Shown here in pieces: positions 55,213 through 64,000 of a stretch of DNA of 64,000 nt. Both the position numbers and the translations under genes were made by a program. Each line of letters opens with the position of its first letter. Positions within the stretch are counted from its first letter, which is position 1. This DNA comes from Eledone cirrhosa (Eukaryota), in the NCBI GenBank assembly GCA_964016885.1, contig OZ024740.1, forward strand, positions 351,850,001-351,914,000. The letters are read 5' to 3'. The notes beneath the pieces were generated by a model. That model ran no database searches and had not been told where the DNA came from. It saw only the letters and a list, made by a program, of their open reading frames with translations.

Positions 55213-55964
55213 TCTACCTGGAGTTGCGACCAATAGATAGTACTAGCAACTGGAAAGACCGACGAAAACAGTGTTTCCTTGGTCCGATTTGACGAAAGTC
55301 GATCGATCGTTTTATATATATATAGAGAGAGAGAGGGCCCAAAAAATGTATACACACTTCATCAGCATTCTAATAAATATTACCTGTACAGAGTCATCAA
55401 AGTGAGTATACATTTTGGGGGTACACCCTATATATATATACACACATATATATGTATATATAAACAAGAAGTGAAAGTCAATAGGTTAAAATTAACTTCT
55501 TTTATTCATATTTGCTGTTATATATATTTCAGTGGTAACCATTATGCAACTATAGAGAGAGAGAGAGAGAGAGACACTGTTATCCTAGTGTAATGCTGGG
55601 ATATTAATGCTGCCTGCATTTCTGCTAAAAGAAAATATTTAGCTTTTTCAATTGAAGCAGTTAATGTTTGCTTTTTCTGTATTGTATTGTTTTAGCATAG
55701 CATTGTTTAGATGTTGTTGTTGTTTACTATTATTATACAGGCTCTAACATCAAAATACCACTTAGTCAGCCTATAGCAATATAAACTAATATTATAATGT
55801 AAAACAACAATCTGCCCTTTTCTTTGCACTGAGAAAATAATAATTGGACAGTTATTTAGAATTTTGATACTATTTCATAGAAACAAATGCCCAGTACTAA
55901 CAGGCACCAGTATTAATCATCTTTAAAAGCAGTGCAAAGGAGTATAATCTTTTTTTTTTCCTAA

Positions 55965-56678
55965 ACCAGAACGTAAAGGGACGTAACTATATGCTGCAAA
56001 GTATGCTGTCCAACATTCCACCAATACTGCCAATAATAATAATAATAGTTTCAGATTTAGGCACTAGAATCGACCCAACATTTAGACATAAAATCAACCC
56101 AAGTGCATTACTGGTACTTTATGTTATTGATCCCGTAAGGATAAAAGGTAAAGCTTACATCAGTGGAATTTGAACTCACATAAAGGGACATAACTATATG
56201 CTGCAAAGCATGTCATCAAACCCTCCGCCAATACTGCCAATAATGATTTCTACTATAGACACAAGGTCAGCAATTTTGAGGAAGGGTAAAGTCAATTAAA
56301 TCGACCCCAGTGCATTACTGGTGCTTTATTTATCAACTCCGTAAAGATGAAAGGCAAAGCTAACCTCGGCGGGATTTAAACTCAAAATCTAAAGGGCCGT
56401 AACTACATGCCACAAAGCATGTTGGCCAATGCTCTTCCGATACTGCCAATCCGCCAATAATAATAATAATGATTTCTGATTTAAACAGAAGGCCAACAAA
56501 TTTTTTTTTGGGGGGAGGGGGAAGTCGATTAAATCAACCCCAGTGAGTTACTGGTACTTTATCTTATCGACCCCAAAAGGATGAAAGGCAAAGCTAAGCT
56601 TGGTGGGATTTGAACTCAGAATATAAAGCGATGTAACTATATGCTGCAAAGCATGTCATCAAACACTCCACCAATGCC

Positions 56679-56712
<34 letters not shown>

Positions 56713-57373
56713 GTTTCTGATTTAGGCACAAGGCCAATAGTTTTGGGGGCAAAAGGGGCAAGTCAATTAAATCGACCCCAGTGTATTACTGGTACTTTAT
56801 TTTATTGCCCCCATAAGGATGAAAAGCAAAGCTAACCTCGGCAGGATTTGAGCTCAGAACATAAAGGGCCATAACTACATGCTGCAAAGAAGGGTGTCCA
56901 ATGTTCTACCAATGTTCTACCAATCTACCACCCTCACCAATAATAATTGTTTCTACTTTTGGCACAAGGCCAGCAATTATCCCAGTGTATTACTGGTACT
57001 TTATTTTATCGACCCCGTAAGGATGAAAGGCAAAGTTAACCTCGGCGGGATTTGAACTCAGACTGTAAAAGGCCGTAGCTCTTTGCTGCAAAGCATGGCG
57101 TCCGACCCTCTACCGATACTGCCAATTCACCGTCCAATATAATAATAATAATAATGATAGTGAGTAGAATAATAATAATTGTTTCTACTTTTGGCACAAG
57201 GCCAGCAGTGCATTACTGGTACTTTATTTTATCGACCCCGTAAGGATGAAAGGTAAAGTCAACCTCGGCGGGATTTGAACTCAGATCGTAAAGGGACGTA
57301 ACTATGCTGGAAAGCATGGCGTCCGACCCTCTACCGATACTGCCAATCTACCGCCGAGTAGAATAATAATAAT
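55965..57373 (-). mobile_element. Head-to-tail array of ~7 Meta-like SINEs separated by (AAT)n
   Basis: Units end near 56034, 56241, 56455, 56680, 56935, 57133 and 57355, all with GATGAAAGGCAAAG...GATTTGAACTC-type centres (first unit partial). Confidence 0.92.
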
Positions 57374-60300
57374 GATGATACATCACCCTATCAACTTGGA
57401 CAGTTGATGGGATGAATAGAAACAGATCCAATCCAAGCAGAATAGAACTGTTATTCCAATATATCCTACTGTGGCAAAAGCAAATAAATAAAGAAATTCA
57501 AAGATATCATTGTGTTACTATAGATACTTCATTAAGCTATCACATTTAGTGGCATGGATGGCACTGAATAGAAAGAGATCTTAATATTTATTGTAACGAG
57601 TTTCATATGGAACTACCCTCAACTCTAACAATGATTCCAATTACTGATTGTGATTCATTTGTTGGCAAGTCAGCAGAAATGGGGTATGTATCTATTTAAC
57701 TCTCTCTCTACCTCTCTTTTTCTCCTCTCTCAGCAATTTCTCACCCAGCTTTCCATCCCACCCCTCTCCAATGTGTATTATCTCTAACTCACACTACCAG
57801 CATCATCTCTTAATTCTCTCACAAATGTGTATGTCATTAGGATAATTATATCCATATATTATGTCATTTTTTTGTTTTCAATTAAAGACAGAAGGAATAA
57901 GGGACAGGAAGCCCTATGGGATAGGGGAAAAATCATCAGAAAAGAAAAGATGAGAAAATATGGTCATTTTAAATGTTAGAAGATATAGCAAAGTGAACCA
58001 GATTTTTTTGTTTACAGTTTAGTTAGAGAGTGAAGGGCAATGCTCATAACCCTTTTCACACCCACTGAGATTGTTTGAGTAGAAAAGAGTTCTCCCTAAA
58101 CTGGAGACCTGGCTCAAAAGCTTGTAACAAAAGGTATCCCTAAATTGAAGACCTGACTTGGTGGTGGTGTTAAACCAGGTGATAGATTTAGTTTGCCACC
58201 CATGTAGGCCACGGTGAGATTTGAATTCAAAACACGGAGCTGTAAGAAATAGCACTAGGCATCTGATCCATTGTTCTAAAAATTCCACCAGTTCTCCACC
58301 TTGGACTGGTACATTATTTTAACGACCCTAAAAGGTTGAAAGACAAAGTTGACCATTAATTCTACCCTTGACGTAGGACACAATGGGATTTTAACTTAGA
58401 ACACACAGAACTGAAACAAATATTGCAAAGAGTGCAGAGAACAAAAAGCATTAAATGCATTGTGGAGTATTTAGTTGAGGAATTGTATGTTTTGAATTAA
58501 AATTCTCACTGGAATTGACTGCCTTTCATCCTCATGTGTTGGCTACCAGCCTAGGATTTGTTGCCTGCCAGTTCGAAGAGGACAAACTGACAAAGTGTTC
58601 ACTACTCTTTGATAGGTTGAGCATGTAGCAGTGGATATTTCCATCATTCTTGGTCCCTGGACCACATCTCTGTTCACTACTATCGAAGCAGAGTTGGCTG
58701 CCTGCATATCATACGAGGTGGAGTGGCTGTTCCAGCATATCTGCCTCGTCATCCTCCAGAGCAATGTCTTATCTATCCTGATATTAGGGTAGGAGTAGGG
58801 TGACAGTCTTCAGATAAAAGGCGTAATGATACTGACACACATCCACACATGCATAATAGTTAATTAACAAGAAATAAAAGTATTGATAGTTCATTTGTTT
58901 TATAGACAAAGTTCTGGTGATAAAATATGTAATACCTGATGTTGACTTTATGAAAATTAAGAAGAATGTTAAATTAGTGAAATAAACAAAGAGTGGTGAG
59001 TGAGTGGGTGAGACAAGAGAGAAAGAAGATGAAGAAAGAGTGAGAGATAGAGGGGGAGTGAAGAAAGAAAAGAACAGAGTGAGGAAGGTGAGGAGAAGTG
59101 AGACAAAAAGAGACGATAAAGAAGACTAGAAATTGAGTTGATGACAGTGGTTTAGGTTTAGGTTTTAAAAAGATGTGTGTCCGTGAAACATATACATATA
59201 CACCAGGTCTAAACACAAAAGAACCAAACTCCCACTGTCACTGCCTCCATCTCTCACTAATGTAAGGGAATTATACAGGCTAGCTCATTAAAACCTTTTC
59301 CATGTTGAATGGATTTTGTTTGTATGACACACAGATATATATATATACATATATATATATCATTGTGTACATTTGGTGTGAGTGTGTACGTGGGTATGTG
59401 TATGCTTATAAATATATAAGTGGACCTGTACCCTCATTAATCATGGCAATAGCATGAAACGCATTAAATTTTAGGAGCCAACGATTTGTATGCTATTTAC
59501 ACCAGGATTATGAACAATATATGAACAGTCATACAAACTGGGAAATTTACATTTTGATAAATTCATAAGAGAAACCTTGTAGTTTATGTTGATTACTGAC
59601 ACGTGGAAGTTATTAAAGATAAGAATGATATTTTCACAATTCATTTCAACGATATAATTACATAAATATTAAGTACAAATGATATTCAGGATTAAATGTA
59701 TGAGTAACTTTAAAGAAATAACTATTTACAGGGACAAATATAGGGTTAGAACCCAGGCCCTGTGTGGAAAACATACTTATTGTAGCAATATGTCAGAGGA
59801 AATGTAGTGTGTGTATGTTCGTATATGTTTGTGTATGTAAATTTTAAACAGTTACAAAGTAAGAGAGATTTGTGAATAAATATACAAACACACACTGCAT
59901 ATTACTATAGTTGATAAAAACACACACTTATGCACTCAGACTCACATGAATATACACAACAGAACACATTATATCATTGTGCTCACAGCAGAAAACATAC
60001 ATATCAGAATTTAAGTTTGTTTTTCTATTCTGGCATAGATTTAGCAAGACATTTTGAGGCAAAATTCTATGGCTGGGTAGCTTTTCCTGATGCCAACTTT
60101 AAATTGTTTTTAAAATATACATACATATTCATCATGGTACCACAATAAAATGTAGTTCCATGACAAGATGCTGGTGCCAATAAAATGCACTAAGTACACT
60201 CTGTAAAGTGGTTGGCATTAGAGAGAGTATCAATGCGGGAATTGAGCTTATTGAAATTGTCACTAGCCACACTCACTTAACCATGACATTTCCCATTTTT

Positions 60301-60619
60301 GACACAAAGCAAAAGAATACTATTCCTAATCATGTGATCATCAATTGTTGGTACAAGAGAACCTCATAACTCTATACCTAATCACATGATCTTCCACAAC
60401 CAATCTAATTGTACTTAAAACAGATAGTTTCTGAGCTACTTTTGATATAAAATGGAAAGAAATTTCCCAAAACATTAGATGCGAGACATCACCACATAGC
60501 CACATATTTCTCCATCTCAATTAACTTTTGAAAATCATACAAACACAAAACCTGCAAAGTTAATAAATCTTCTTAAAGACTCCAATTGCATTTACAACTT
60601 CTTTTTCCTATATATATAA

Positions 60620-60735
60620 CAAATTTAATATAGAAATGACTTCTACAGGACTAGAATTGTTTCACGAAAGCCCTGATGATTTCCTTCGAATGAAACAGTT
60701 CTAGTCCTATAAAAGCCATTTCTATATTAAATTTG
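60620..60735. repeat. ~50-bp-arm palindrome with hammerhead-like core at its centre
   Basis: CAAATTTAATATAGAAATGACTTCTACAGGACTAGAATTGTTTCA / TGAAACAGTTCTAGTCCTATAAAAGCCATTTCTATATTAAATTTG; CTGATGA at 60673. Confidence 0.88.
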
Positions 60736-62672
60736 CTGTTTACACTCTACTAATATATTGAGTACCTTACTTACTGTGGTTACCCCCGATTGAACCCAGG
60801 AATCATATATATAAATAAAAATATTTACATTTATAATGCCAAGTTGTATTGGTTGGAATAATTTGGAATAATACTATTTTTGTTGTGTTACATATGTTTT
60901 GTTTGAGGAAATTAAGGACATTAAAAAGGACAAAGAAGAAAGTAATTTATTCTGCTATCTAACCAAAATAAAGAGCAGAACACATGGAATAATTTTATTG
61001 TCAGCTGTATTTAATTCTGTGAAATGTTTACGATATATTTCATATTAGAACCTCAACTCTCATGTGATCTATGTTATACTTTCTATTTTTTCTTTTATTT
61101 CCTTTTCATATAGTTGCAGAAAAACTTCAGCTATGGTTGATTTCTATATTCTTTATTTAGTGAGGAATGCCAAAATTACCGAGCATCCAAACAAAAGATT
61201 TATGCCTTGCACCATTCTCCTTTGTGTGTGTGTGTGCGTGTGCGTGTGCGTGTGCGTGTGTGTGTGTGTGTGAGAGAGAGAGCATCATTTTACATACTTT
61301 TTCCATGCTAGCTTGGATTGGGCAGGTCATTTCAGGCCAAGTGAGTACTTAATTGGAACTACTGTCATCCTTGACAGGTTAGGGAACTACGCTTCACTCA
61401 GATACATTCCATTTTGGCATGATTTCGATGGTTGGATGCCTTTCCTAATACCAACCAAATTACTGAATGTACTGGCAACAGCACTAAGAAAGCTACCATG
61501 CATTTTGCATAACTGACAAGTTAACTATATATGTTTAATTTATTCCAGAATTAAAGAATTTAGTATAACTAGAAGTAGTTGTTTTTAATGTAGACACAAT
61601 GTCAAAAATGTTGAGATTTTAGTCAATGAAATTGATCCCCATTACAGGACTGATATTATTTTATCAACCAGAAGATAAAAATGCAAAGTTGACCTTGGCA
61701 GAATTTGAACTCAGAACATACAGGGCCATTATTAAATACTGCAAAATATTTGTCTGATTTTCTAATGATTCTACCAATCTTAATTATTAAAACATGAAAA
61801 ATAAACATAAAATATATAGATATATGTATGTAATAAAGTAGGATTGCCTACATATGTTTATATGCATATATATGTACTTCTACATATAAGAATATGCATA
61901 TATATGTTCTTTTATACATGTGTTTATACATGCACATGTGCACATATAATGTACACTTTTACCATAATATCATATATATACTGATGTGTGTGTGTATATA
62001 TATATACACACACACACACATCAGGCAAGTTTGAAGGAAGGGTGGTGGGGCTGTTAGGGCATTACAACAATGTTATCAAATGCATGGTACATACTACTAA
62101 GTTATACTCTATTGTGAGTGATGGCAGTAGTGGTGGTGGTAGTAGTAGTAGTGGTGGTGGTGGTGGTAAGGATGGTAACATTAGTAGTAGTGATGGTGGT
62201 GGTAGTAGTAGTTGTGGTCGTAGTAGTAGTTATGTACATATATGCAGACATTAATGTACTTATGTAGATGCATGTGGATGCATGTGCATATGAATGTAAT
62301 TTCATGCATATAAATGCACACATTAATGTACTTCTGTGTATACATGTTTAAACAAAGTATATATATCTGAACATATGCACATACTAATATACTTAATACA
62401 TATCTATACATGTATATATATATATATATAAACAGAATAATTTTTGAAGCTTGTTTCTTTCCCCTGGTTAGCTTTACTCTGTTGTTCTCCTGTCTCACTC
62501 GCTTTACGCGTTTTAATTGTCCTAATAACTTATTTTGGTTATTATTGCACCGACGTGAGATATATGATTTTTAATGCAATGAAATATCTATGATCTTCGG
62601 CAAATCACTGATGAGGGACTTATTTTATTACATGTTATCCATGTGCTACCTGCAGTATTTTTCTCTATATTT

Positions 62673-62734
<62 letters not shown>

Positions 62735-63552
62735 CGAGAGACATCATATATACATTCTTTGAACAGCTGGCCATTCATTAAATAGTCCAAAGATAGTTCA
62801 GTAAGTAGTTATGTTAGTATCAAAGTTGTTACACATCACTCCATCAATAATATCCAAGATTATATTTAGAAGAAATCTATCAAACTAATTAATAAAAGCT
62901 CTCTTCTAAACAATGTTAAATTCTTCAAATATGAACTGGACTATATATACATACGGTCACACAAACTCCATTTCCCTCTCTCCCTCTTTCCTACAGTAAT
63001 AACAGGCTCTTCACTTCAGAACATGCCAGATGTTCCTATTTTCTTTAGAAGTCAACTCATTGAACTCCCCACCTCATGTTCTCACTCTAGCCTTACATGC
63101 TGTTTCTTTGCCCAAAATGCACTACACATCCAAACGCTGAACTCAATCTTTCATAGTGAGGACCTAATATCTCCCTAGCTGAACGAACCCCTCCCACTCA
63201 CTCTCTCCACACACACATATATATATAGATATATATATATTCCATGTATTCTCAAGATACACTAGCTTCTACTATACCAACTCCTTTTTACCAACACAGA
63301 ACATTGACATAAGGTATGTGAAAGAGTATGATTAAACATTGTATATATGTCATCATTATCATCATTTAGTTATGGCCCTTTACTTTCTGAGTTCAAATCC
63401 CACTGAGGTTAGTATTGCCTTTCATCTTCACAGGGTCGATAAAATAAAGCACCAGTAATGCACTGGGAGTGATTGCTGGCTTTGTGCCAAAAGTAGAAAC
63501 AATTATCATCATCATTTAGTATCTCTTTTCATTGCCGGCAAGGATTGGATTC

Positions 63553-64000
63553 ATCATCATCATCATCGTTTAACGTCCATCTTCCACGCTAGCAGGGGTT
63601 TAGACGGGAATTTTCCCACTTGAGGCAAGATTGGTTGTCTTGCTCGTATAGGACTGTCTGGCGGGTTTTCTACAGCTGGATGCCCTTCCTAACACCAACC
63701 ACGTTTACAGTGTGGACTGGGAGGTTTTTACCGTGTTACGTACACAGCCACATTACAGCGTGGACTGTGTGTGTTTTTTTTGTCATGACACCTACACGAC
63801 CTCATTTGTTTCAGACTGGATGTTGTGGTACCAACATAACTTTACATTGAAAGGGGTGGTGTGGATGGAGTGGGGGTAGTGTGGATGGGGTGGGGGTAGT
63901 GTGGATGGGGTGGGGGTAGTGGGATGGGGTGTGGGTAGTGGGACGGGGGTGTATTTTTTGTTAGAGGTGCCTACTGACTGTAGGTTTATATTAGTTAGAT
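63553..64000 (-). mobile_element. RTE-clade LINE copy C, 3' UTR (may continue beyond the window)
   Basis: Highly similar to 42697-43085 and 3905-4290. Confidence 0.93.

Noticed and set aside
55965-57373. Possible tRNA gene cluster
   Set aside because: A/B boxes belong to SINE heads; no complete cloverleaf, and each continues into SINE body and tail.
58543-58790. GC-richer segment with a 73-aa ORF
   Set aside because: No recognisable motif or convincing splice pair.
62595-62650. CTGATGAGGG as a functional hammerhead
   Set aside because: No downstream GAAA; at best a deleted relic.

Overview
Eukaryotic, AT-rich, repeat-saturated non-coding DNA (intergenic or a large intron). The long (TA)n tracts, RTE/CR1 LINEs and tRNA-derived SINE types resemble an octopod cephalopod genome (inference). 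No host gene can be supported; most ORFs in the track are microsatellite or antisense-LINE artefacts. Real coding sequence is retroelement-derived: a 5'-truncated CR1-type LINE with an uninterrupted RT frame (32595-34256), three young RTE LINE copies (one with a PHD finger inserted after the RT core), and an R4/Dong-type restriction-like endonuclease fragment. There are also many SINEs (including a 7-copy head-to-tail array), MITEs of several DNA-transposon superfamilies, an 82-bp minisatellite and a truncated U2 snRNA retrocopy. The most notable unannotated signal is a set of about ten minimal type I hammerhead ribozyme motifs. Several look intact, one has a compensatory U3:A8 core, and they lie in short ORF-less, often (TA)n-flanked units with the tandem/inverted architecture of Penelope-like elements or retrozymes. 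A second signal is a modular pseudoknot/stem-loop 3' region shared by RTE LINEs and their SINEs. Boundaries of degenerate elements are approximate and were read by eye.
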